Shown here: piece by piece, positions 30,602 through 39,777 of the stretch
How positions within the stretch are numbered: position 1 is the stretch's first letter
Layout: each line of letters opens with the position of its first letter
From: Flavobacteriales bacterium
GTDB taxonomy: Bacteria > Bacteroidota > Bacteroidia > Palsa-965
Reading direction: 5' to 3'
Assembly: GCA_002737665.1 (NCBI GenBank)
Contig: NSIF01000005.1
Location: forward strand, 1-54,931
Length of the DNA stretch: 54,931 nucleotides
The notes under the pieces: generated by a model
Told to the model about the DNA's origin: nothing
Database searches by the model: none
The model's input: the letters and a program-made list of their open reading frames with translations, nothing else
Translations under genes and position numbers: made by a program

Positions 30602-31144
30602 TTAGTTAATTTCATGAAAGGAGTTTCCCATTTTTTCAATTTCATCTTTATTAGATTCATACTGTTTTTCAGAGGATCCAATTAAAATTTGATAGAAAAA
30701 CATAGGTGTTTCAAAGCATGTCAATAGATACACCATCTTTTTATTATTAACGGTAGCTCTAATGTCTGTTTGAAAACCCTTGTTTGCATCACTGCTTACA
30801 GGTCTATTAATGTGTAACGTTCCAACGTCACGAACATCAATTGCAATTTTCATATAGGTTTCCAAATCATAATCGAGACCAAATGAAATAATTTTGGATT
30901 TTGATTCGTCGATTACTAAAATAAATAAATCCTTTTTTTTATTTTCATATTGCAAGGAAGCTGCGCTATCATTTAAATGGACTGGAATAAAATCTTGAGG
31001 CAACAACATTGTATAGCGCGCACCATTAGAAGAGGTAATCGATGCGGTCATCATCTTTTTATCATAAAGCATCCAGATCAAAAGAAGCCCAACAATAATA
31101 GAAAACAATAGGATTGTCGCAAAAATTTTGCGTCTCTTCGTCAT
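30602..31144 (-). CDS. hypothetical membrane-anchored protein
   Basis: 180 aa with an N-terminal TM helix (IFATILLFSIIVGLLLIWML). No recognisable motif. Confidence 0.5.
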   Translation of the reverse strand: MTKRRKIFATILLFSIIVGLLLIWMLYDKKMMTASITSSNGARYTMLLPQDFIPVHLNDSAASLQYENKKKDLFILVIDESKSKIISFGLDYDLETYMKIAIDVRDVGTLHINRPVSSDANKGFQTDIRATVNNKKMVYLLTCFETPMFFYQILIGSSEKQYESNKDEIEKMGNSFHEIN

Positions 31145-31222
31145 AAATTAGTTTGTGGTTAAAATTACCAAAACCTGCGAGATAAAAATGTAAATTCCAA
31201 AACAGACCTTGCAAGGAATCTT

Positions 31223-32383
31223 TTATAAGGTCCCTCGCTTCGCTTGTTCTCTTTCTATCGATTCAAACAATGCTTTAAAATTACCAGCGCCAAATCCTTT
31301 CGCTCCCATCCGTTGTATAATTTCATAAAAAAGTGTCGGGCGATCTTCTACCGGTTTTGTAAAAATTTGTAAGAGGTAGCCTTCCTCGTCAGCATCAACT
31401 AGAATTGCAAGTTTTTCAAGTACTGAAATATCCTCGTGCATCATTTTCATATGCTCCCCTAAACGCGCAGGAATTTCTTCATAGTATGCGTGAGGTGGTG
31501 CTGACAGAAATTCAATTCCACGCGCCCGAAGTTCAGTGACGGTTGCAATAATATCATCCGTTGCAACAGCGATGTGCTGTACACCAGCACCCTCATAATA
31601 ATCAATGTACTCTTCAATTTGTGATTTCTTTTTTCCCTTCGCTGGTTCGTTGATAGGAAATTTAATTCGCCCATTACCGTTGGACATTACTTTCGACATC
31701 AAAGCAGAATATTCAGTGTGAATTTGTTTGTCGTCGAAAGAAAGAAAATTCACAAACCCCATGACATCTTCATACCACTTCACCCATGTATTCATTTCTC
31801 CCCAGCCCACATTACCTACCATGTGATCAATAAATTTTAATCCAACTGGCGCTGGGTTAAAATCAGAAATCCATTTTTCATATCCAGGAAGAAATATTCC
31901 TTTATAATTTTTACGCTCTACAAAAATGTGAACTGTTTCACCATAAGTATAAATACCAGATCGAATCACCTCTCCATTTTCGTCTTTTTCCAACGTTGGT
32001 GTCATGAACGGTTTGGCACCTCGCTTCGTTGTTTCTTCAAATGCTTTTGTTGCATCGTCAACCCAAAGTGCAATGACTTTAACTCCATCTCCATGTTTTT
32101 TAACATGCGCGCCAATTGGAGAATCGCTGTTCAATGCAGAAGTCAATACAATTCGAATTTTACCTTGGCCAATTACAAAAGATGTACGATCTCGAACGCC
32201 AGTTTCTAATCCTGCAAATGCTATGGATTGATAACCGAATGCTGTTTTATAAAAATGAGCCGCCTGCTTTGCATTTCCCACGTAAAATTCAACGTAATCA
32301 GTTCCGAGTAATGGCAGAAAATCTTGAGCACCCTCAAATATTTTTTCTAATCCGTATTCCACATTTTTAACTTCCTTACCCAT
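31223..32383 (-). CDS. hppD: 4-hydroxyphenylpyruvate dioxygenase
   Basis: Two VOC domains and the C-terminal GFGAGNFKALFESIEREQ motif. Start ATG 32383 (MGKEV) is preferred because a -7 box lies between it and the longer ORF's ATG at 32443. Confidence 0.9.
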   Translation of the reverse strand: MGKEVKNVEYGLEKIFEGAQDFLPLLGTDYVEFYVGNAKQAAHFYKTAFGYQSIAFAGLETGVRDRTSFVIGQGKIRIVLTSALNSDSPIGAHVKKHGDGVKVIALWVDDATKAFEETTKRGAKPFMTPTLEKDENGEVIRSGIYTYGETVHIFVERKNYKGIFLPGYEKWISDFNPAPVGLKFIDHMVGNVGWGEMNTWVKWYEDVMGFVNFLSFDDKQIHTEYSALMSKVMSNGNGRIKFPINEPAKGKKKSQIEEYIDYYEGAGVQHIAVATDDIIATVTELRARGIEFLSAPPHAYYEEIPARLGEHMKMMHEDISVLEKLAILVDADEEGYLLQIFTKPVEDRPTLFYEIIQRMGAKGFGAGNFKALFESIEREQAKRGTL

Positions 32384-32422
32384 CTTAATGATTTTAAATT
32401 TTGTCTGTTGCCAATTAATTCT

Positions 32423-32430
32423 CAAATTTA
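32423..32430 (-). promoter_or_regulatory. Bacteroidetes-type -7 box (TAAATTTG) for hppD
   Basis: Exact TAnnTTTG on the minus strand, 39 nt upstream of ATG 32383. Confidence 0.4.
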
Positions 32431-32513
32431 GGGAAAAATGCAATGTAACCTTTGAGAAAAAACAATCCTACTATATAGTTTAAAAAACGAATGGAAATTT
32501 TAATATTGAAACA

Positions 32514-33671
32514 TTATTCCACCCAACTCTTATAATAGTTACCGTCGTCAATTTTCATCGCAGCCTCGGTCACTTGTAAAGGACGGAATGTATCTACCAT
32601 TACAGCAAGTTCAGCCGTTTCCTTTTGACCAATACTTCGCTCCATAGCGCCCGGCGCAGGGCCATGAGGAATTCCTTTGGGATGTAAAGTAATGTGGCCC
32701 TGTTCTATATTGTTGCGACTCATAAATTCTCCATCTACATAGTACAAAACCTCATCTGAATCAATGTTGCTATGATTATAAGGTGCGGGAATTGAACGAG
32801 GATGATAATCGTACAAACGTGGACAAAATGAACAAATTACAAATGCAGAAGTCTCAAACGTCTGGTGCGTTGGCGGAGGCAAATGAACGCGACCAGTAAT
32901 CGGTTCGAAATTGTGAATAGAGAACCCGTATGGGAAATTGTACCCATCCCAACCAACAACATCAAAAGGATGCGTTGCATAAACAATGTCGTGCAACACA
33001 TTTTCTTTTTTCACTTTTATTAAAAAATCTCCTTTCTGGTCATATGTTTCTAATTCACTTGGAAGTTTGAAATCGCGTTCACAAAACGGAGAATGTTCCA
33101 AGTGCTGTCCTGATGAATTCTTGTAACGCTTAGGTGTGTAAATGGGATGCTGACTTTCTACATAAAAAATACGATTGTCAGTAGTGTCGAAATCAATTTG
33201 ATAAATCATACCACGAGGAATAACCAAATAATCGCCATACTCAAAAGGAATATTTCCAAGAAATGTTCTCAATTTTCCTTTTCCTCTATGAATAAAAATA
33301 ACTTCATCTGCATCAGCATTTTTATAAAAATAGGCTGTCATGCTTTTTTGTGGTGCAGCTAAACCAATAACACAGTCAGCGTTGAGCAATAAAGGTGTTC
33401 GGGCATCCAGAAAATCGGCAGCAGGCGCTACATTAAAACCATGCAATAAAAGTGGTTTAATATTTTTAGCAATTGCAATTTTCGGTGTAACATCAACCGA
33501 TTTCAAAATTTCTTTGATCTGGGTTGGACGATGCACATGATAAGACAAAGAAGAAAAGCCGGTGAACCCTTCGGTGCCGAACAATTGTTCGTAATAAAAT
33601 CCGCCCTCTTTTTTTTCAAAAGTAGTATGACGTTTTTGAGGGAAACTTCCAAGTTTATGATAAAGTGGCAT
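32514..33671 (-). CDS. hmgA: homogentisate 1,2-dioxygenase
   Basis: 385 aa with a full-length HGD-like cupin (…TLHPKGIPHGP…). It is adjacent to hppD. Confidence 0.88.
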   Translation of the reverse strand: MPLYHKLGSFPQKRHTTFEKKEGGFYYEQLFGTEGFTGFSSLSYHVHRPTQIKEILKSVDVTPKIAIAKNIKPLLLHGFNVAPAADFLDARTPLLLNADCVIGLAAPQKSMTAYFYKNADADEVIFIHRGKGKLRTFLGNIPFEYGDYLVIPRGMIYQIDFDTTDNRIFYVESQHPIYTPKRYKNSSGQHLEHSPFCERDFKLPSELETYDQKGDFLIKVKKENVLHDIVYATHPFDVVGWDGYNFPYGFSIHNFEPITGRVHLPPPTHQTFETSAFVICSFCPRLYDYHPRSIPAPYNHSNIDSDEVLYYVDGEFMSRNNIEQGHITLHPKGIPHGPAPGAMERSIGQKETAELAVMVDTFRPLQVTEAAMKIDDGNYYKSWVE

Positions 33672-33693
33672 AATAATTTGTTTTTATAAAGGA

Positions 33694-33701
33694 CAAACTT
33701 A
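33694..33701 (-). promoter_or_regulatory. Bacteroidetes-type -7 box (TAAGTTTG) for hmgA
   Basis: Exact TAnnTTTG on the minus strand, 22 nt upstream of ATG 33671. Confidence 0.4.
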
Positions 33702-33775
33702 ATGGATTGTAATTTAAGGACAAATGACAATTGTCAGTAAATTTAGTCTGTAAAAACTATAAATTAGATACAGGC

Positions 33776-34807
33776 TTACTTTTTAAGAACTGGTCGTAGT
33801 TTAGAATGATACCTTGAAATTGGCACAAACGGATTACCCGCATTCCTGTATTTTTCCTTCTCTACTTCTGGGAAGTTTTTCCATTCGACACATTTTTCGG
33901 AACAACAGTTCTCCATTTTTTGTTTGCAATTTTCACATTGAATAAAAAGCAAATTACACTCGAGATTACTGCAATTTACGTGTACATCACAAGTCGTTTC
34001 GCATTGGTGACAATTAGAAATCACTTCTTCGGTAATTCGTTCGCCCAATCGCTCATCAAAAACAAAGTTTTTTCCAATAAATTTAGACTCAATACCTTTT
34101 TGCTTTATTTCGCGAGCATATTCAATTATACCACCATACAATTGACCGACATCTTTAAATCCATGATGCCTTAAATAGGCACTTGCCTTTTCACAACGAA
34201 TCCCACCTGTGCAATACATCAAAATTTTCTGATCTTCCTTCCCTTTTAGCTGCTCAATAACCATTGGTAATTCTTCTCTAAATGTATCGGCACGGGGACG
34301 AATTGCATTTTCAAAATGACCTACTTCACTTTCATAATGATTTCGCATGTCTACGACAATCGTACCTGGTTTTTCCATTTCGGAATTAAATTCAGTGGCA
34401 GACAAGTGAGTCCCAACGTTTGTAACATCAAACGTATCGTCCGCAATTCCATCAGCAACAATTCTCTTTTTTACTTTAATAGTCAACCAACAAAAAGATT
34501 TCCCATCGTCTTCTACAGCAATTTTAAAGGGTACATTCTCAAATTCTTTATGCTTAAATAATGAAACACGAAAATCTTCAAAATAATGTACGGGAATACT
34601 TAGTTGGGCATTGATACCTTCACGAGCCAAATAAATTCTTCCAAAAGCATTAAATTCATTCCATTCTGTCCACAATGTATCGCGCATTTGCTGCGCATCG
34701 TTAAGAATTACATACCTATAAAAAGAAAGCGTTATTCGACGAAATGGTTCTTCCATCAATCGTTTACGCATCTCTTCCCTATTAACTCTATTGTATAAAA
34801 TTGACAT
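33776..34807 (-). CDS. trhO: rhodanese-domain tRNA uridine(34) hydroxylase (UPF0176/YceA family)
   Basis: Rhodanese active-site loop [12 protein letters not shown] and a C-terminal Cys-rich tail. The ORF-track first codon (34810) is GTG, so ATG 34807 is preferred. Confidence 0.8.
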   Translation of the reverse strand: MSILYNRVNREEMRKRLMEEPFRRITLSFYRYVILNDAQQMRDTLWTEWNEFNAFGRIYLAREGINAQLSIPVHYFEDFRVSLFKHKEFENVPFKIAVEDDGKSFCWLTIKVKKRIVADGIADDTFDVTNVGTHLSATEFNSEMEKPGTIVVDMRNHYESEVGHFENAIRPRADTFREELPMVIEQLKGKEDQKILMYCTGGIRCEKASAYLRHHGFKDVGQLYGGIIEYAREIKQKGIESKFIGKNFVFDERLGERITEEVISNCHQCETTCDVHVNCSNLECNLLFIQCENCKQKMENCCSEKCVEWKNFPEVEKEKYRNAGNPFVPISRYHSKLRPVLKK

Positions 34808-34811
34808 CACT

Positions 34812-34819
34812 CAAAGGTA
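34812..34819 (-). promoter_or_regulatory. Bacteroidetes-type -7 box (TACCTTTG) for trhO
   Basis: Exact TAnnTTTG on the minus strand, 4 nt upstream of ATG 34807. Confidence 0.45.
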
Positions 34820-34935
34820 GCTTTGAAAACAGATAGAGAATTGACAAAATTGAAATTTAAGCACCAAATAAAGTCTAAATTATAATAACTAAATAACTAA
34901 TAACTAAATTTGAGCGGTTTATACAAATAAATACA

Positions 34936-35880
34936 ATGGATAAGATTTTAGTAATTGGTTCTTCTGGACAAATTGGCACCGAATTAGTGATGGAACTGAG
35001 GTCTCTATATGGAGCGGGAAATGTAGTTGCCTGTGACTTAAAAGCATCTGCTCAGGAAGTGATGGAAAGCGGAGCATTTGAGTCGTTGGATGTTTTAGAT
35101 AAACAAAAACTTTATGAAGTAATTAAGAAACATAACATAACACATGTTTATTTATTAGCGGCGCTTCTATCAGCAACAGCAGAAAAAAATCCAATGTTTG
35201 CCTGGAAATTAAATATGGAAAGTCTATTTAATATTTTAGAACTTGCAAGAGAAGGACATATCAAAAAAATTTATTGGCCAAGTTCAATAGCTGTTTTCGG
35301 ACCGACAACACCAAGACTAAACACGCCACAATATACTATCGTGGAGCCAAGTACAATTTATGGAATAAGTAAACAAGCAGGTGAAAGATGGTGCGAGTGG
35401 TATTTCAAAAAATATGGTGTGGATACACGAAGCTTACGATACCCTGGTTTAATTGGATGGAAATCGGCACCCGGTGGCGGCACAACAGACTATGCTGTGC
35501 ATATTTTCCACGAAGCGTTAAAAACAAATAGTTATGAGTGCTTCCTTTCAGAAAATACTGTTTTGCCGATGATGTATATGCCTGATGCCATTCGAGCAAC
35601 GATCGAAATTATGGATGCTCCTTCCGAAAAAATAAAGATTAGAGGTGCCTATAACCTAGCTGGAACCAGCTTTTCACCTAAAGAAATTGCAATTGAAATT
35701 GGGAAAAAATTACCTGGTTTTCAGATTAGCTATAATCCTGATTTTCGCCAACAAATTGCAGATTCTTGGCCGGCGAGCATTGATGATGCGCAAGCTAAGG
35801 AGGATTGGGGATGGAAACCTCAATTTGACCTTTTGGGTATTACGTCCGATATGCTCCAGCATTTGAAGCAAAAATTTTAA
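34936..35880 (+). CDS. NAD-dependent epimerase/dehydratase family protein, L-threonine 3-dehydrogenase-like
   Basis: N-terminal VIGSSGQIGTEL Rossmann motif and YGISK (YxxxK) catalytic motif. 314 aa. Confidence 0.65.
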   Translation: MDKILVIGSSGQIGTELVMELRSLYGAGNVVACDLKASAQEVMESGAFESLDVLDKQKLYEVIKKHNITHVYLLAALLSATAEKNPMFAWKLNMESLFNILELAREGHIKKIYWPSSIAVFGPTTPRLNTPQYTIVEPSTIYGISKQAGERWCEWYFKKYGVDTRSLRYPGLIGWKSAPGGGTTDYAVHIFHEALKTNSYECFLSENTVLPMMYMPDAIRATIEIMDAPSEKIKIRGAYNLAGTSFSPKEIAIEIGKKLPGFQISYNPDFRQQIADSWPASIDDAQAKEDWGWKPQFDLLGITSDMLQHLKQKF

Positions 35881-36093
35881 TATTAGGTATAGATTTTGTC
35901 CATAAAACCATTTATTTATAATGCTATAGATATCAGATAACTAGCTAAAAACAGACAATTGCCTCTATTTTAACAAAAAATCTGCTTTTTAGGAAAATTT
36001 ACATATAAAGATGTTAGCTGTAACCAAATTTCTAGTAACTTCGTAATAAGTTTACTTATAACTAATTAAGAAATAAGTTTGTTTGTTATTATC

Positions 36094-36969
36094 ATGAAAA
36101 AAATTACATCAATTTTGTTGCTTATTTTTTCAACTTTTACAATAGCCTACGCTGCTGACGCAGATAGTCTTAATGTAATTGATGCAATGGGAAAAAGGCA
36201 AGGTGCTTGGACGCTATATGGAAGGGATAAAAAAGATCCTCTTTTCAAACCAGAGGCAAAATGGCAAGAGGGGAGATATAAGGACAGTCAAAAAATTGGT
36301 GTTTGGATAGAATATTTTTTCACAGGCAAAAAGAAAAGTGAACTTACTTACGTAAATAATCGTCCTAATGGTCATGCCATAATGTACACTGAAAATGGCA
36401 TTAAATCTGAGGAGGGAACTTGGGTTGGTTCAAGGTGGGTTGGTGATTACAATCTTTTTTATGAAGATGGAACACCTCGCCAAGCTTTCAACTACAGTCA
36501 AATTGGGCAAAGAGAGGGTCCCCAGACTTATTTACACCCAAATGGTAAAATTGCCATAACTGTTGATATGAAGGGTGGGAAAGAGCAAGGTTGGAAAAAA
36601 GAATACGATGAAACTGGAAAATTAATTAGCGAGATGTTATTCGTAGATGGCGTAATAGATCCAACTGCAACTAAGATATACGATAATTCTAAACCAATTA
36701 AAGCTCCCGAAGAAAAAACAGTAAAGTCAGATGCAAAAGTCGTTTCAGACCCAAATTTCCTTCCTAATAAAGGGGTATTTAATGGAGAGGGTGATTGGAC
36801 ACTTTACAGAAATGGTCAAATTACAATGAAGGGAAGTTTCCATTTAAAGAAGCTGGTGAGTGGAGAAGAGAGAATTTACAATGCGAATGGGATTTTGCAA
36901 CAGGTTAAGATTTTTAAAGACGGTAAATATGTTGGAGATGGCCCACTACCTACTGAAGCCAATAAATAA
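36094..36969 (+). CDS. secreted protein with MORN-variant (YwqK-like) repeats
   Basis: The ORF-track start at 36079 is TTG, so ATG 36094 (MKKITSILLLIFSTFTIAYA) is preferred. It contains repeated G.RQG.W..Y / G.W.EY...G motifs. Confidence 0.55.
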   Translation: MKKITSILLLIFSTFTIAYAADADSLNVIDAMGKRQGAWTLYGRDKKDPLFKPEAKWQEGRYKDSQKIGVWIEYFFTGKKKSELTYVNNRPNGHAIMYTENGIKSEEGTWVGSRWVGDYNLFYEDGTPRQAFNYSQIGQREGPQTYLHPNGKIAITVDMKGGKEQGWKKEYDETGKLISEMLFVDGVIDPTATKIYDNSKPIKAPEEKTVKSDAKVVSDPNFLPNKGVFNGEGDWTLYRNGQITMKGSFHLKKLVSGEERIYNANGILQQVKIFKDGKYVGDGPLPTEANK

Positions 36970-36993
36970 ATAGTTTTAAATTTATAAAAAAAC

Positions 36994-37020
36994 AAACCTC
37001 TCTTCATGGGAGGTTTTTTT
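36994..37020 (+). terminator. intrinsic terminator
   Basis: AAACCTC (36994-37000) / GAGGTTT (37010-37016) stem, extendable by 2 bp, running into T7 (37014-37020). Confidence 0.75.
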
Positions 37021-37045
37021 GTGCATAAACCAATGCTCATTCTAT

Positions 37046-37053
37046 TAACTTTG
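37046..37053 (+). promoter_or_regulatory. Bacteroidetes-type -7 box (TAACTTTG) for cysS
   Basis: Exact TAnnTTTG, 29 nt upstream of ATG 37083. Confidence 0.45.
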
Positions 37054-37082
37054 ACAATTGATAATTAGTCGATTTAAAAATT

Positions 37083-38606
37083 ATGTCGGAACTTTACATT
37101 CATAATACAAGTACGCGCAAGAAAGAAATTTTCAAACCCATTAGCACACCATTTGTTGGTATGTATGTTTGTGGTCCTACACTCTACGGAGATGTACACA
37201 TGGGAAATTGTCGAACGTTTATTTCATTCGACATTATTTACCGTTACCTCATTCAACTTGGGTATAAAGTACGCTACGTACGCAACATTACAGATGTTGG
37301 TCATTTAGAAGACGAGGTTGCAGGTGAAGGCGAAGATCGAGTAGGTAAAAAAGCGAAACTTGAAAAGTTAGAGCCGATGGAAATTGTACAACGTTACAAG
37401 TTCGGCTTTCATGAAGTAATGAACTTGTTTAACTTACTTCCTCCAAGTATTGAACCTTCTGCAACTGGCCATATTCTCGAACAAATTGAAATGACAAAGC
37501 AAATCATTCAGCAAGGTTTTGCCTATGAAAATGAAGGGACCGTTTATTTCGATGTGGAAAAATTTGCTGAAAAAAATAATTATGGAATATTATCAGGGCG
37601 TACACTAGAAGATCAACAAAGTAATACAAGAACATTAGAGGGACAAAACGAAAAAAAAGGCAGACTTGATTTTGCACTGTGGAAAAAAGCAAAGCCCGAA
37701 CATATCATGCGTTGGAATTCCCCATGGGGAGAAGGATTTCCTGGTTGGCATATTGAATGCTCAGCGATGAGTAAAAAATACTTAGGAGAAACTTTTGACA
37801 TTCATGGTGGAGGAATGGATTTAATTCCAACTCACCACACCAACGAAATTGCACAAAGTGTAGGATGCTGCGGAAAAAATCCGGTTAACTACTGGATTCA
37901 TACAAATATGTTAACCATAAATGGGCAAAAAATGTCGCGCTCTCTTGGAAATACTTTTTTACCCGTTGAACTTTTTACAGGAATGAAATTAGCTGCAAAC
38001 TCACCTACAGCTACGCCTTCGCAAGCAATAGTAGAGGGGAAACATCCTTCATTTGAAAAAGGGTACTCTCCAATGACAGTTCGTTTCTTTATGTTACAGA
38101 CGCATTATTCAAGTACGCTTGATTTTTCGAATGAAGCTTTGAAGGCATCTGAAAAGGGATTTCGAAAATTAATGGAAGCTACTCGTTTGTTAGGTAAGTT
38201 AAAAGCATCTTCGCAATCATCCTTCGACACAGTGGCGTTGAAACAACGTTGTTACGATGCCATGAATGATGATTTTAATACCCCAATTCTCATTGCACAA
38301 TTATTTGAAGCGGTACGAATTATTAATTCTGTAAATGATGGCAACGAAAGTTTAACAGAAGATGCTATCAACGAATTAAAATTAATTATCGCCATTTTTG
38401 TAGTACAAGTATTGGGATTAAAAGATGATGTGATGGATGGCGCAGGAGAAATTACAGAAGGACTTATGCAACTAATTATCAAAATGCGTGCAGGTGCTCG
38501 GATAAAAAAAGATTTCGCTACTTCCGACCTTGTGCGCGATGAATTGGGGAAATTAAATATCGTATTAAAAGATGGTAAAAATGGAACAGATTGGGAATTG
38601 AAATAG
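37083..38606 (+). CDS. cysS: cysteine--tRNA ligase
   Basis: Class I signature motifs [13 protein letters not shown] (HIGH-type) and KMSRS (KMSKS-type). 507 aa. Confidence 0.95.
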   Translation: MSELYIHNTSTRKKEIFKPISTPFVGMYVCGPTLYGDVHMGNCRTFISFDIIYRYLIQLGYKVRYVRNITDVGHLEDEVAGEGEDRVGKKAKLEKLEPMEIVQRYKFGFHEVMNLFNLLPPSIEPSATGHILEQIEMTKQIIQQGFAYENEGTVYFDVEKFAEKNNYGILSGRTLEDQQSNTRTLEGQNEKKGRLDFALWKKAKPEHIMRWNSPWGEGFPGWHIECSAMSKKYLGETFDIHGGGMDLIPTHHTNEIAQSVGCCGKNPVNYWIHTNMLTINGQKMSRSLGNTFLPVELFTGMKLAANSPTATPSQAIVEGKHPSFEKGYSPMTVRFFMLQTHYSSTLDFSNEALKASEKGFRKLMEATRLLGKLKASSQSSFDTVALKQRCYDAMNDDFNTPILIAQLFEAVRIINSVNDGNESLTEDAINELKLIIAIFVVQVLGLKDDVMDGAGEITEGLMQLIIKMRAGARIKKDFATSDLVRDELGKLNIVLKDGKNGTDWELK

Positions 38607-38615
38607 TAAACCAAA

Positions 38616-39602
38616 ATGAAAAAATATTTTTTTAGTTTCAGTTTAGCCATCCTCTTTTCCTGCAATCCAGACACTACGGTCAAGCAGGACGATGGTACCT
38701 CAAAGCCGGATCCAATTATAGCAAGGATAAAAGGTCCTTTGTTTAATACAGATTCGGCATTTAACAATATAAAAACCCAAGTCGCTTTTGGTCCGCGCAT
38801 ACCAGACACAAAAGCACATAAAAATTGTGCAGATTATTTTATACAAAAATTAAAATCTTATAACCTTACAGTAACAACACAAAAAACATCTGGCACCACA
38901 CCCATAGACCAGCGATTAATTGAAATAACAAATATTTTTGCTTCGTACCATCCAGAACGAAAAGAGAGAATTCTTTTATTAGCACATTGGGACACGCGCG
39001 CATTTGCTGATCACGAAGAGGATCCTGCATTATCAAAAAAACCATTCGATGGAGCCAATGATGGCGCAAGTGGAGCTGGCTTGTTGTTAGAAATAGGAAG
39101 AATATTACAAACGCAAGATCCAAACATTGGTATTGATTTATTATTTTCTGATGCAGAAGATGGTGGCTTGGACAACGGCGCTCCAGAAGGTTGGTGCATC
39201 GGAACTCAGTATTGGACACAACACATGCCACAAAATTACACTGCTCGCTTCGGAATCTTACTTGATATGGTTGCAGGGCGGGGGGCAACTTTTCCACGGG
39301 AAGGAACGGGAATGTATTATGCCGCCTCGGTAGTTGAAAAAGTTTGGAGTGCTGCAGGGCGATTGGGCTATGGTGCTGTTTTTATAAACGATGTTGTAGG
39401 ACGAACTACTGATGACCATTTATACATTAATACCTATGCCAGAATTCCTTGTATTGACATAGTACACTACAATAAATTTGAAAGAAATTACAATCCTTGG
39501 CATCACAAGCTGAGCGATAACATGGAAATTATAGATACCTATATTATTCAAATAGTCGGGAATGTTCTTGTAGATGTTATTTACAATGAATTACCAAAGT
39601 AA
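38616..39602 (+). CDS. M28-fold lipoprotein, glutaminyl-peptide cyclotransferase-like
   Basis: Lipobox AILFSC. M28/QC-like motifs LLAHWDTR, LLFSDAEDGG and TTDDH. 328 aa, similar in size and anchoring to type II bacterial glutaminyl cyclases. Confidence 0.6.
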   Translation: MKKYFFSFSLAILFSCNPDTTVKQDDGTSKPDPIIARIKGPLFNTDSAFNNIKTQVAFGPRIPDTKAHKNCADYFIQKLKSYNLTVTTQKTSGTTPIDQRLIEITNIFASYHPERKERILLLAHWDTRAFADHEEDPALSKKPFDGANDGASGAGLLLEIGRILQTQDPNIGIDLLFSDAEDGGLDNGAPEGWCIGTQYWTQHMPQNYTARFGILLDMVAGRGATFPREGTGMYYAASVVEKVWSAAGRLGYGAVFINDVVGRTTDDHLYINTYARIPCIDIVHYNKFERNYNPWHHKLSDNMEIIDTYIIQIVGNVLVDVIYNELPK

Positions 39603-39720
39603 GAAGAAGAAAAAATTGAAATTTGCAAATCTTATTCTTTCTACATACTATCTTAAATTTAAGCAGCTTTTTATTTGCAGTAATTTTTTAGTAAAGAGAA
39701 TGTGAAATTTCATAATTTTT

Positions 39721-39728
39721 TAATTTTG
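39721..39728 (+). promoter_or_regulatory. Bacteroidetes-type -7 box (TAATTTTG) for polA
   Basis: Exact TAnnTTTG, 49 nt upstream of ATG 39778. Confidence 0.4.
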
Positions 39729-39777
39729 CCAAGCCATTTTTATTAACTTCGTTTCCCTTCAACAATTAATGTCTTAA

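Noticed and set aside
31223-33671. hppD-hmgA pair as a possible unusual or partial tyrosine-catabolism or pigment locus
   Set aside because: The two-gene adjacency is common, and the missing fahA/maiA genes may lie elsewhere in the genome. Nothing in the sequence is atypical.
34886-34906. Three tandem TAACTA(A) repeats upstream of the threonine-dehydrogenase-like gene
   Set aside because: The repeat is very short and AT-only, with irregular 8/7-nt spacing. That is within what chance produces in this composition.
38252-38809. 185-aa ORF on the minus strand spanning the cysS 3' end and the start of the M28 gene
   Set aside because: It lies entirely antisense to two well-supported genes, has a low-complexity Ser/Ile/Phe-rich composition and has no promoter box. 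It is a typical shadow ORF in AT-rich DNA.
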